From: Candidatus Aenigmatarchaeota archaeon
GTDB lineage: Archaea > Aenigmatarchaeota > Aenigmatarchaeia > QMZP01 > JAFGSV01
NCBI GenBank assembly: GCA_016934325.1
Contig: JAFGSV010000004.1
Location: forward strand, 11,538-75,537
DNA: 64,000 nucleotides
Reading direction: 5' to 3'
The translations under genes and the position numbers were made by a program. Positions within the stretch are counted from its first letter, which is position 1; each line of letters opens with the position of its first letter. Below, one piece after another: positions 27,614 through 36,692 of the stretch. The notes under the pieces were generated by a model, which was not told where the DNA came from, did not search any database, and saw only the letters and a list, made by a program, of their open reading frames with translations.

Positions 27614-30115
27614 ATGGAAAAGAAGCAGGAAGACGAGAGGACGATAAAGAAGCCCATCGAGGACGAGATGAAGGAGAACTACATAGACTACGCCATGTCC
27701 GTCATCATAGGAAGGGCCCTGCCCGACGTCAGGGACGGACTGAAGCCCGTTCACAGGAGGGTGCTGTTTGCCATGCAGGAGCTGGGCCTGCTGCACAACC
27801 GGCCCTTCAGGAAGAGCGCGAGGATAGTCGGTGATGTCCTGGGCAAGTACCACCCCCACGGCGACCAGGCGGCCTACGATACCCTGGTCAGGATGGCGCA
27901 GTGGTTCAGCTTGCGGTACCTGCTTATAGACGGTCAGGGGAACTTCGGTTCCATCGACGGGGACCCCCCGGCGGCCATGAGGTACACCGAGGCGAGGTTC
28001 ACCAGGATAGCCGAGGAGCTGCTCAGGGACATCGACATGGACACGGTCGACTTCGTTCCCAACTTCGACGGCAGCATGAAGGAGCCGGTGCTGCTGCCAA
28101 ACCGCTTCCCGAACCTGTTGGTGAACGGGAGCAGCGGGATAGCAGTCGGGATGTCGACCAGCATGCCGCCCCATAACCTGGGCGAGATATGCGATGCCGT
28201 GGTCATGCTGGTCGACGACCCGCAAGCGGAGGCGGACCGGCTGATGACGGTCGTCAGGGGACCGGACTTCCCTACTGGGGGGATCATATGCGGAAAGGAC
28301 GGGATTCTCAGGGCATACAAGACAGGCAGGGGGTCACTCAAGGTGAGGGCGCTGGTCGAGACGGAAGATGACAAGACTATCATAATCAAGGAGATCCCTT
28401 ACATGGTGAACAAGTCAAGCCTCATCGAGCACATGGCGGAGCTGGTCAAGAACAAGCAGGTCGATGGCATAAGGACTATAAGGGACGAGTCCGACAAGGA
28501 TGGCATGAGGATAGTCATCGAGCTGCAGAGCGGTGTGAGCGCGGACCTCATACTGAACAAGCTATACCAGCACACCGAGCTCGAGTCGACCTTCGGCATC
28601 ATAAACCTTGCGATCGTCGACAACCGGCCGAAGGTCATGAACCTGAAGGAGCTTCTTCATCATTTCATCGAGCACAGGAAGGACATAATCGTCCGCCGGA
28701 CGAGGTTCCTGCTCCAGAAGGCGAAGGACAGGGCCCACATACTGGAGGGCCTGAAGATAGCGCTGGCGAACATCGACAGGGTTGTGTCGCTCATCAAGAG
28801 GAGCAAGGACCCGGTGGTAGCGAAGAAGGGCCTGATGAGCTCTTTCAAGCTGAGCGGAAAGCAGGCCGATGCGATCCTGCAGATGAGGCTGCAGACCCTT
28901 ACGGGACTGGAGCAGGGGAAGATAAAGGAGGAGTATGACAGGCTCATCCAGGACATCGAGAAGTACAAGAAGATACTCAGGTCAGAGCATGAGGTGCTCG
29001 CCATCGTCAGGGAGGAGACGATAGAGGTCAAGGACAAGTATGCCGATGCGAGGAGGACCAGGATTTCCGATGACATCTCCGACCTCTGCGAGCTTGACCT
29101 TGTGCCTGAAGACGACATGGTCGTGACCATGACCAGCAGGGGATACGTCAAGAGGATACCCGTGGAGGAGTACAGGATGCAGAAGAGGGGCGGCAAGGGG
29201 ATCACCGCGACAGGCACCGGCGAGGACGGGTTCGTCAAGGAAATGTTCATCGCCAACAACCACGACTATCTGCTTTTCTTCTCGAACAAGGGGAGGGTCC
29301 ACTGGCTGAGGACCTTCCAGCTGCCGACGGGCAGCCGCTATTCCAGGGGCAAGGCAATAGTGAACTATGTCCATCTCGACGAGGACGAGAGCATATCGAC
29401 CACAATACCGCTGAGGGATTTCGACCAGGGGAAGTTCCTGTTGTTCAGCACGAGGCTCGGGCAGGTCAAGAAGACGGCCGTCAAGGCCTACAGCAGGCCC
29501 AGGAAGGGGGGCATAATAGCGATAAACCTCAGGAAAGGCGACAGGCTCATCGACGTCGAGCTGACGGATGGAAAGAAGAGGATATTCCTGGCCACGAAGA
29601 ATGGGAAGGCGATAAGGTTCAGCGAGCGCGACGTAAGGGGGATGGGCAGGTCCGCAAGCGGCGTCAGGGGCATCAGGCTGAGGCGCGGCGACGAGGTGAT
29701 AGGCATGGAGATACTCGAGGACGGCGAGCAGATACTGACGGTTTCCGAGCTGGGCTACGGGAAGAGGACTGAAGGGTCATTCTACAAGGTGCAGAGGAGG
29801 GGGGGCAAGGGCCTCATAAACATGAAGGTGGTCGACAAGAACGGCCCCGTCAAGGCGATCAAGAAGGTGACCGGGGAAGAGGGCGAGCAGCTGATGCTTA
29901 TTAGCAGCCAGGGCACCGCCATCCGGGTCGCCACGAACGGCATCTCGCTCATAGGCAGGTCCACCCAGGGCGTCAGGGTCATGCGCCTCGATGAGGGTGA
30001 CAGGCTAGAGGACATGGAGCTGATACAGGACAGCGGGAACGGCGGCGACGAAGACGGGGGAGAGGATACGGAAGGAGCCGTGGAGCGGTCAGAAGACGAC
30101 GTCGGAGAAGCCTGA
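27614..30115 (+). CDS. gyrA: DNA gyrase subunit A
   Basis: [44 protein letters not shown] and C-terminal beta-pinwheel repeats. Acidic tail. Confidence 0.97.
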   Translation: MEKKQEDERTIKKPIEDEMKENYIDYAMSVIIGRALPDVRDGLKPVHRRVLFAMQELGLLHNRPFRKSARIVGDVLGKYHPHGDQAAYDTLVRMAQWFSLRYLLIDGQGNFGSIDGDPPAAMRYTEARFTRIAEELLRDIDMDTVDFVPNFDGSMKEPVLLPNRFPNLLVNGSSGIAVGMSTSMPPHNLGEICDAVVMLVDDPQAEADRLMTVVRGPDFPTGGIICGKDGILRAYKTGRGSLKVRALVETEDDKTIIIKEIPYMVNKSSLIEHMAELVKNKQVDGIRTIRDESDKDGMRIVIELQSGVSADLILNKLYQHTELESTFGIINLAIVDNRPKVMNLKELLHHFIEHRKDIIVRRTRFLLQKAKDRAHILEGLKIALANIDRVVSLIKRSKDPVVAKKGLMSSFKLSGKQADAILQMRLQTLTGLEQGKIKEEYDRLIQDIEKYKKILRSEHEVLAIVREETIEVKDKYADARRTRISDDISDLCELDLVPEDDMVVTMTSRGYVKRIPVEEYRMQKRGGKGITATGTGEDGFVKEMFIANNHDYLLFFSNKGRVHWLRTFQLPTGSRYSRGKAIVNYVHLDEDESISTTIPLRDFDQGKFLLFSTRLGQVKKTAVKAYSRPRKGGIIAINLRKGDRLIDVELTDGKKRIFLATKNGKAIRFSERDVRGMGRSASGVRGIRLRRGDEVIGMEILEDGEQILTVSELGYGKRTEGSFYKVQRRGGKGLINMKVVDKNGPVKAIKKVTGEEGEQLMLISSQGTAIRVATNGISLIGRSTQGVRVMRLDEGDRLEDMELIQDSGNGGDEDGGEDTEGAVERSEDDVGEA

Positions 30116-30358
30116 GAGGATGCCCTCCAGCTTCCTGTCCGTTGCCCCGGAGACGTATTTTACATGTATGTGGGGATTGCCCACGGTGACGTCGGCGACC
30201 GGATACGTCGAAAGACCTCTCCCGGTAAATGCCCTGATCTGATATTCGCCTGGTTCGTTAACGTTTCCCGTCACTACGAAGTCCCCGCTCAGCGTAAGCG
30301 CAGGGATGATGCTGCCATTAAATTCCGCCAGCAGCTGTATGTGTGTGGGCGTGCTCAT
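30089..30358 (-). CDS. Hypothetical small beta-rich protein
   Basis: 89-aa ORF convergent with gyrA (27-nt overlap). No motif. Confidence 0.4.
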   Translation of the reverse strand: MSTPTHIQLLAEFNGSIIPALTLSGDFVVTGNVNEPGEYQIRAFTGRGLSTYPVADVTVGNPHIHVKYVSGATDRKLEGILSGFSDVVF

Positions 30359-30564
30359 GACATTCCACTTGTTTATAATCGGTGAGAAGCTTTTTTAAGC
30401 TTATGCATATTTTTCCCAAAGGTGGGAATAATAGGAAAAATATGACACGATAATCATATAATTATGGATTATCATTCCATAATCATACAGTATAACTGAA
30501 AAATTGGCTCAATGCAGGGCACCGCAGATTTTAATATCACCGCCAATAAAAAGACAGCTAGGAT

Positions 30565-30648
30565 GCGGGGGTCCCCGAGCGGTCAAAGGGGCAGGGCTTA
30601 GGACCCTGTGGCTCAGTGCCTTCCTGGGTTCGAATCCCAGCCCCCGCA
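30565..30648 (+). tRNA. tRNA-Leu (anticodon TAG)
   Basis: Acceptor GCGGGGG/CCCCCGC. Anticodon arm CAGGG-CTTAGGA-CCCTG. Long variable arm TGGCTCAGTGCCTTC. T-arm CTGGG-TTCGAAT-CCCAG. Discriminator A. Confidence 0.9.
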
Positions 30649-30764
30649 TGGTGCGCAATGAGAATTACGGTCTATTGAGGAAGGTAGGGGCTTTATAGCC
30701 GGAAAGAAGGCAGGAAACTAGATATTTACTAATACTGCCTATTTAGTGAGGAAATTCTCCCTGC

Positions 30765-30901
30765 TTATGGGCACAACAATAAACAAAATTAATAATATGT
30801 GTATCTCCATGTGCTCATACAAATAAGAGCTACCGTCATATAAGGGCACAAAATATAACAAAAGACGATAATTTTATATGTCCATGTGCCCATACACTAT
30901 A
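30765..30901. promoter_or_regulatory. Two ~75-bp tandem units upstream of fic, each with a GGGCACA...TGTGC(C/T)C inverted repeat
   Basis: GGGCACAA at 30769 and 30844. TCCATGTGC at 30806 and 30881 (period 75). TTTTATAT (30872-30879) lies about 27 nt before the fic ATG, between the arms of the second inverted repeat. Confidence 0.5.
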
Positions 30902-30902
30902 T

Positions 30903-31844
30903 ATGGTTTATTTGGAGAAAATCGAAAGAGTGGGCAAAACATATTACTATGTCACGAAGAACTTTAGGATTAGCGATAAAAAATGGAAGAAAATAAGGAA
31001 GTATGTTGGCGACAAGCCCCCCACAAAAGAGCAGACAAAGAAAGCGATTGTAGAGATTGAAAAAGAAGCGTTGAAAAAAGGTTTCATGAAACCCGCGTCT
31101 AAATATACTTATTTGAGCGATGAAGAAGCAGAGAAATTGCAGGATTTGAAAGAGGTCTTTAAGGAGTGGTACGAAAAATTAGGTGCCGTTGGAAAGAAGA
31201 AATATGAAGAAGATTTTGTTGTGAGATTCACATACAACTCAAATGCCATTGAAGGCAACCGTTTAAGCCTTCGTGAAACAAGTATGATTTTAACGGAAAA
31301 TATAATTCCCGCTGGTGCTACCCCCAACGATTACAATGAAGCCATAAACTCAAAGGACTGTTATGAATTCATGAAAGAATATAATGGCGAGTTTAATCAG
31401 AAGTTTTTACTGAAAATTCATGAACTTCTCACTAAAAACACTAACTGCAAGATTGTAGGTAACTATAGGGACCATGAAGTCAGGATTTCTGGTTCAGAAT
31501 GGATCCCTCCAACTCACGAAAAGGTTAAAGAAGAAATGAGAAGAATTTTCCAGTGGTACTATTCTAATAGAAAGAAACTGCATCCTGTTGAATTGGGTGC
31601 GATCTTGCATAATAAATTAGTCAGGATTCACCCATTTGCTGATGGTAATGGGAGAACATCAAGAGTTATAATGAACTGGATATCAATGAAAAACAACTTC
31701 CCTATGTTCTTTATAGAATTAAGAGATAAAATCAAGTATTATGATGCGGTTGAAGAAGGGGATAAAGGCAATGATGAAGCAATAGTGCATTACATTGCCA
31801 AAGTTCTGATGGAACAACATACATTTAAATCAGAGATGAATTAA
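30903..31844 (+). CDS. fic: Fic/DOC family protein (putative AMPylase) with an N-terminal inhibitory-helix motif
   Basis: Fic motif HPFADGNGRTSR. An upstream SNAIEGN matches (S/T)xxxE(G/N). AT-rich gene. Confidence 0.9.
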   Translation: MVYLEKIERVGKTYYYVTKNFRISDKKWKKIRKYVGDKPPTKEQTKKAIVEIEKEALKKGFMKPASKYTYLSDEEAEKLQDLKEVFKEWYEKLGAVGKKKYEEDFVVRFTYNSNAIEGNRLSLRETSMILTENIIPAGATPNDYNEAINSKDCYEFMKEYNGEFNQKFLLKIHELLTKNTNCKIVGNYRDHEVRISGSEWIPPTHEKVKEEMRRIFQWYYSNRKKLHPVELGAILHNKLVRIHPFADGNGRTSRVIMNWISMKNNFPMFFIELRDKIKYYDAVEEGDKGNDEAIVHYIAKVLMEQHTFKSEMN

Positions 31845-31978
31845 ACAGCATTAGTATATAGCGGGTTCGAATGCTGGTTCGAATATCTTACACAGCATTA
31901 AAACCATCCGTCATTTCCGCTCCGGCACTTTCGCCATTTTTAAAAATCAACAGCGTAAATATTAGCAATAAAATGATT

Positions 31979-32097
31979 GCGGGGGTCCCCGAGCGGTCAA
32001 AGGGGCTAGGTTCAGGGCCTAGTGGCTTAGTGCCTTCCTGGGTTCGAATCGCTTCCGTTCCAAGCGGTCCGGAAGCGCGATACTCCCAGCCCCCGCA
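31979..32097 (+). tRNA. tRNA-Leu (anticodon CAG) with a 35-nt intron in the T-arm
   Basis: The first 28 nt are identical to the tRNA-Leu(TAG). Anticodon arm CTAGG-TTCAGGG-CCTAG. The T-arm CTGGG-TTCGAAT is interrupted by 35 nt before CCCAG-CCCCCGC-A. The mature length would be 84 nt, as in the paralog. Confidence 0.8.
32050..32084 (+). other. Non-canonical tRNA intron (T-loop/T-stem junction)
   Basis: cgcttccgttccaagcggtccggaagcgcgatact contains the 8-bp hairpin CGCTTCCG/CGGAAGCG. The boundary is ambiguous by 1 nt. Confidence 0.7.
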
Positions 32098-32109
32098 TAG
32101 CATTCTGGA

Positions 32110-33021
32110 ATGGATAGGATGAGCGCGGGCAAAGCTTCCGGTTTCAGGGCATTGTGGATATGCTTGTTATTGGCAGCGGTGATATTATCGGCCCTGGCAA
32201 CCGGGGCCAGGATTGATCACGCGTCCGGGATTGCGGGGTTAATCGCAGCCCCGGGCCAGCCGCGGAGGCTTGCCGTCTCTCTCTCCTTCGACATCGAGGA
32301 CGCGGTGGATGATAACGAATCGATCAGCGTGCCCCTGATACTCAGGATACTTGAAGAGCACGGGGCTAAGGCGACATTCTTCATAACGGGGAAGGCCGCC
32401 GACAGGAATCCCGGCATGGTGAGGATGATCAACCAGGCAGGTCACGAGATCGGGCTTCATACGAACGAGCACCTGTTCCCCGTATTCGACGAGGATAAGG
32501 CTGAGAAGGTGGCGGCAAGGTACGGGACCACATTCGATTACGTGTGGATGATGAGCTACAAGAGTCCGGCTGCCTTCAGGCGCAGCCTTGAAGCCAACAG
32601 GGCGGCTATCAGAAGGGCTGTGGGAGACGTGAGCATCATCTCGTTCAGGTCTCCATGCCTCGTGGCGAGCTGGGGAGACAGGCCTGAATATTTCGGCGCT
32701 TTGCTGCAGTCGGGGATCCTGGTGGACAGCAGCATCCTGCAGGACCTTTCATCCTCGGATTCGGTGCTGAGAGGCATATACGAGAGGGAAGGCGTCACGC
32801 AGGTGCCGGTGACAAGGGGCGATGACATCCTCCGGCCCGGTCAGATGGGCATAATAAGCAGGATGCAGGCAGCCGGCATTCCGGCTGTCCTTTTCTTCCA
32901 CCCGAAGGGCTTCGGCGGATATGAGCTCGCGAGGCTGGACAGGCTACTCTCTGCGTTGGAGAGCGAGCACGACACGACCTACCTGACGGTGGCCGAGGCC
33001 GCGGGCTTCACCTCAGCTTGA
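32110..33021 (+). CDS. Polysaccharide deacetylase (NodB homology domain), membrane-anchored or secreted
   Basis: N-terminal TM ALWICLLLAAVILSALA. FDIEDA, ATFFITG and GHEIGLHTNEH. Confidence 0.85.
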   Translation: MDRMSAGKASGFRALWICLLLAAVILSALATGARIDHASGIAGLIAAPGQPRRLAVSLSFDIEDAVDDNESISVPLILRILEEHGAKATFFITGKAADRNPGMVRMINQAGHEIGLHTNEHLFPVFDEDKAEKVAARYGTTFDYVWMMSYKSPAAFRRSLEANRAAIRRAVGDVSIISFRSPCLVASWGDRPEYFGALLQSGILVDSSILQDLSSSDSVLRGIYEREGVTQVPVTRGDDILRPGQMGIISRMQAAGIPAVLFFHPKGFGGYELARLDRLLSALESEHDTTYLTVAEAAGFTSA

Positions 33022-33322
33022 CGGCGGTCCCGTAAGCAAGAAGCTCAGCGGCGCCGCCGATCACGCTGGAAGTCGTGAAACGGACGGTGACGATGGCGTC
33101 GGCGCCAAGCTTATTGGCGTCCTCCACCATTCTGCTGAGGGCCTCTTCCCTGGAGTCGTTGAGCATCTCCGTGTATTCCTTTATCTCGCCTCCCACTATG
33201 TTCCTCAGGCCTGCCACTATGTCCTTCCCGATGTGTTTCGCCCTGATTGTGTTACCCTTGACTATCCCCAGCGTCCTGGCGATCCTCTTCCCCTCGATCG
33301 TGTCCGATGTCGTCAGCAGCAT
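33008..33322 (-). CDS. YbjQ/UPF0145 family protein
   Basis: GIVKGNTIRAKHIGKDIVAGLRNIVGGEIKEYTEML...ALSRMVEDANKLGADAIVTVRF is typical of YbjQ_1. Confidence 0.85.
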   Translation of the reverse strand: MLLTTSDTIEGKRIARTLGIVKGNTIRAKHIGKDIVAGLRNIVGGEIKEYTEMLNDSREEALSRMVEDANKLGADAIVTVRFTTSSVIGGAAELLAYGTAVKLR

Positions 33323-33337
33323 TCCAAAGCACCTCCC

Positions 33338-33550
33338 TTATCTATGCGATTTCTCCTTTCGCAGGTCGATCAGCCTTTCCCTGATCACCGAAATAAGTAT
33401 CACCAGGAACCCGATCACCAGCGCGACCACCCCCAGCCTTATGACGGCCGGCACCTCCGACGCCTGGACGAACAAGTAAAGCGCGTACCCGGCAAGTATT
33501 ACGATGGCGAACGAGACGAGCAGGACCCCGGTCGTTTCTGCCCTGTTCAT
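33338..33550 (-). CDS. Small membrane protein (2 TM)
   Basis: 70 aa, GVLLVSFAIVILAGYALYLFV and LGVVALVIGFLVILISVI. Confidence 0.5.
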   Translation of the reverse strand: MNRAETTGVLLVSFAIVILAGYALYLFVQASEVPAVIRLGVVALVIGFLVILISVIRERLIDLRKEKSHR

Positions 33551-33654
33551 GACTTATACCCGTCATCGGGATAATATAAGCTTCGCGGCTGATAACTTGC
33601 ACACCCGATGCCCTTCTCTCAAATATATATTACATCGGAAGCATAATCTATTAT

Positions 33655-34542
33655 ATGAAGAGAGTGCCCCTCGTCCCGTTCCCGCTCGAGAAGGTCCGGC
33701 GTTTCTCAAGGATTCTCATAGGGTTCGGGGAGACCGTCTCGAATTTCTTCCCGTCGCTAGGATGGGACCTGGACCAGTCCGATATAGACCTCGAGCCCAG
33801 GGAATGGTGCTCTGTCGCGTTGTTCTCGGCGGGCTTCTACTTCGTGCTGCTGTTCGGCCTGATGATGAGCATAACCAGGGTGGCGAGGGTGTCCACGACC
33901 CAGGCTTTCGGCCTGTCATTCCTCGTGGGGGCATCCATAGGGGCAGCCGCGTTCCTGTACATATCCATGTACCCGAAGCTCATCGCGAAGAAGAAGATAA
34001 GGAGCCTTGACGAGAACCTGCCCCACGCGCTCCACCACCTGCTCATTCAGATCAGGAGCGGCGTCCCCCTCTTCAACTGCATGGTCTCCGTTTCAAAGGG
34101 GGACTACGGCCAGCTGAGCAAGGTGTTCGAGAGGACCGTCGACGAGATAAACACGGGCAAGTCGGAGATAGAGGCCATGGAGACCCTGGCGAGGGAGAAC
34201 CCCAGCCTGTACTTCAGGAGGGTGCTGTGGCAGATAGTGAACGCCCTGAAGTCGGGGGCGGACGTCAGCTCGACCATCAAGGATATCGTGGAGAACCTCG
34301 CGGTCGACCAGACGATGGCGATAAAGAAGTACGGCGCCCAGCTGAATCCCATAGCGATGCTGTACATGGTGTTCTGCGTCATAATGCCCACGCTGGGCAT
34401 AACCTTCCTGCTTGCCCTCGGCTCGCTCGTGGGGCTGAGCATAAACCTGGAATACGTGCTCTTGGGGATCCTCGGGTTCCTGGTGCTCTTCCAGTTCATG
34501 CTGATAGGCATGATTAAATCGAAGAGGCCGTTGGGCATATGA
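33655..34542 (+). CDS. Type IV pilus/archaellum-type platform protein half (single T2SSF domain; FlaJ/TadC-like)
   Basis: LPHALHHLLIQIRSGVPLFNCMVSVS...EIEAMETLARENPSLYFRRVLWQIVNALKSGADVSSTIKDI plus flanking TM helices. Confidence 0.8.
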   Translation: MKRVPLVPFPLEKVRRFSRILIGFGETVSNFFPSLGWDLDQSDIDLEPREWCSVALFSAGFYFVLLFGLMMSITRVARVSTTQAFGLSFLVGASIGAAAFLYISMYPKLIAKKKIRSLDENLPHALHHLLIQIRSGVPLFNCMVSVSKGDYGQLSKVFERTVDEINTGKSEIEAMETLARENPSLYFRRVLWQIVNALKSGADVSSTIKDIVENLAVDQTMAIKKYGAQLNPIAMLYMVFCVIMPTLGITFLLALGSLVGLSINLEYVLLGILGFLVLFQFMLIGMIKSKRPLGI

Positions 34543-35927
34543 GCCTTTTCGGAGGTTCCAAGGACGCGAAGGCGAAGGCCGCCAGGAAGCTGGCCGAGGA
34601 AAGGAAGAAGAAGGAGAAGATGATGAAGGCGGAAGCTGCCAGGAAGAAAGCCGAAGAGGAGCGAAAGAGAGCGGAAAAGGAGGCCAGGAAGAGGGCGGAG
34701 AAGGAGAAGAGGAAAGCGAAGGAGATGAGGAAGAGGGAGGAACAGGAGCGCAAGAGGGCCGAGAAGGAAGCGAAGCGGAAGGCGAAGGAGGCCAGGAAGA
34801 GGGCGGAGAAGGAGAAGAGGAAAGCTGAGAAGGAAGGCAAGCCGGGAAAGAAGCCCGCGGAAGAGGCGAAGGAGCAGGCGTATGCCGCCGGGGAAGGGGG
34901 CAAGGGCGATAAGGCAGCCGCAGCGCCGGCCGGGGAGGCCGGGCAAGAGAAGAAGAAGCACATGGGGTTCCTGCCCAGGATAAAGATCGTTCCAAAGTTC
35001 TACGAGAGATGGGTCGACGGCCAGCTGAATTACGCCGGCTCCAAGAGGGACACCAGGAAGTTCATAAGGACGATAATCATCATCAGCCTGGTCGTCGCTG
35101 GGGTTGTCAGCGTCTTCTTCAGGAGGTACGTATTAATGGTTTTCCCTGGAACGTTCTTCCTGGTGATGGGTTTCTTCAGCGTGATGCTAATACTTTCCGT
35201 GGACAGGAGGTCGAGGTTCGTGGACGAGATCCTGCCCGATGCGCTGCTCCTCCTGTCGGCGAACATAAGGGCCGGCTACATACCCAGCAGGGCGCTCATC
35301 CTGTCGGCGAGGAAGGAGTTCGGACCCCTGTCCGAAGCCATCAAGAGGGCGGGGAAGGAGATAATGTCGGGAAAGTCGCTGGAGGAGGGCCTGAGGATGA
35401 TACCGTCATCCATCAGGTCGAAGGACCTCAAGAGGACGATAGACCTCATAATACAGGGCATCAAGGGAGGAGGCCAGCTGGTCGCCCTGCTTGAGGAGAA
35501 CGCTAACGACATAAGGCGCAGGCAGGCCATAACGAAGGAGATAAAGGCCAACACGATGATGTATGCCATATTCATAGCCTTCGCGGGCTGCCTCGGCGCC
35601 CCGGGCCTGTACGCCCTTTCCAACTACCTGACGAACACCATGTCCGATCTCGGGCCCGACATGTCGATGAGCAGCGGTATATCATCCAAGGTCGCCTTCA
35701 TCAGCCTGGAGGGAGCCAAGATAGATCCCAACTTCCTCTTCAATTTCTCCATAGGCGCGATCCTGATAACCACGATATTCGGGGGGCTGATCCTCGGCCT
35801 GATAGGCACGGGCAGGGAAAAGGAGGGACTGAAGTTCGCGCCCATACTGTCGATCATAGCGCTCCTGGTGTTCCTGGGAGCGACCTTCATCATCACCACC
35901 ATGTTCGCGTCCATGATGCCCGGCTGA
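34539..35927 (+). CDS. Second FlaJ/TadC-like half (single T2SSF domain) with a ~140-aa K/E/R/A-rich N-terminal extension
   Basis: ATGA overlap with the previous gene. LPDALLLLSANIRAGYIPSRALILSA...GKSLEEGLRMIPS...LIIQGIKGGGQLVALLEE. A 36-bp perfect repeat at 34682-34717 and 34790-34825 lies inside the charged region. Confidence 0.8.
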   Translation: MSLFGGSKDAKAKAARKLAEERKKKEKMMKAEAARKKAEEERKRAEKEARKRAEKEKRKAKEMRKREEQERKRAEKEAKRKAKEARKRAEKEKRKAEKEGKPGKKPAEEAKEQAYAAGEGGKGDKAAAAPAGEAGQEKKKHMGFLPRIKIVPKFYERWVDGQLNYAGSKRDTRKFIRTIIIISLVVAGVVSVFFRRYVLMVFPGTFFLVMGFFSVMLILSVDRRSRFVDEILPDALLLLSANIRAGYIPSRALILSARKEFGPLSEAIKRAGKEIMSGKSLEEGLRMIPSSIRSKDLKRTIDLIIQGIKGGGQLVALLEENANDIRRRQAITKEIKANTMMYAIFIAFAGCLGAPGLYALSNYLTNTMSDLGPDMSMSSGISSKVAFISLEGAKIDPNFLFNFSIGAILITTIFGGLILGLIGTGREKEGLKFAPILSIIALLVFLGATFIITTMFASMMPG

Positions 35928-35966
35928 TCGAATCTGCCATAAAAATTTTCATGCTATTTATTATAT

Positions 35967-36641
35967 ATGTTCAAAGGGACATTGCTCGATATAGACGGCA
36001 TCCTCGTGGACTCTGAGCAGCTCTATCGCAGGGCGGTCAACGAGACGTTCGCGCATTACAAAGTTCCGGAGATGTCCGTCGATGAATACGTCAGGCGCTA
36101 CATGATTGAAGGGACGAATTCCCCCGGCGTGATCGCGGATTATGGATTGGATGTGAGCCTGGAAGAGGTAAGGGAGAGAAAGGCCAAGATCGTTGAAAGG
36201 ATGATACAGCAGGAGCTCAAGATGATAGACGGGGCCGCAGAATTGCTGGAATGCACGAGAAAGTTGCGCCGGGGGGCTGTGACTTCTGCCGATGAGAATG
36301 AGATGTACGCCAAGCTGAACAGGTTCGGCCTGACGCTAAGTTTCGATGCCCTGGTTTTTTCGGAGATGACCGAAAGGCACAAGCCGGACCCGGAACCTTA
36401 CGCAAAGGGCGCAGAGCTGCTTCAGCTGCCGCCCGGAGAGATCTTCGTGGTCGAGGACAATCCCAGCGGAGTCGAATCGGCGAACGCGGCCGGTTGCATC
36501 TCCATTGCGTACCCGAATGGGTTCACCGCCGATATGAAAATGGATTTCAGCCATGCCCATAAGATCGTTACGGATCTGAGGCAGATTAATGACAGCATGC
36601 TGGCAAAATTGTATCGCAGGACCCATTTCAGCAGCAGATGA
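35967..36641 (+). CDS. HAD-superfamily hydrolase (beta-phosphoglucomutase-like subfamily)
   Basis: LLDIDGILVDSE (DxDG motif I), SADENE.., HKPDPEPY and VVEDNPSGVESANAAG. Confidence 0.85.
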   Translation: MFKGTLLDIDGILVDSEQLYRRAVNETFAHYKVPEMSVDEYVRRYMIEGTNSPGVIADYGLDVSLEEVRERKAKIVERMIQQELKMIDGAAELLECTRKLRRGAVTSADENEMYAKLNRFGLTLSFDALVFSEMTERHKPDPEPYAKGAELLQLPPGEIFVVEDNPSGVESANAAGCISIAYPNGFTADMKMDFSHAHKIVTDLRQINDSMLAKLYRRTHFSSR

Positions 36642-36692
36642 GTTTTCAATCGGAATCCCAATGTTTTTATATCAAGTCGACTATTGATTCTT

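Noticed and set aside
30504-30698. ORFs overlapping tRNA genes (30504-30698, 31871-32122, 31888-32103, 41208-41442)
   Set aside because: They are explained by the tRNA-Leu and tRNA-Gln genes and have no independent coding evidence.
34560-34900. Tandem-looking repeats that might be mistaken for a CRISPR or minisatellite
   Set aside because: The repeats are in frame inside a coding low-complexity K/E/R/A region with a 108-bp period. There is no repeat-spacer architecture. No CRISPR array was seen anywhere in the window.
34093-34995. 300-aa and 285-aa minus-strand ORFs rich in P/S/L/R opposite the 34539-35927 gene
   Set aside because: They are antisense shadows of the K/E/R/A-rich repeat region (GAA/AAG/GAG codons read backwards). 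Their composition is low-complexity and they have no RBS. The plus-strand gene has a clear T2SSF domain.
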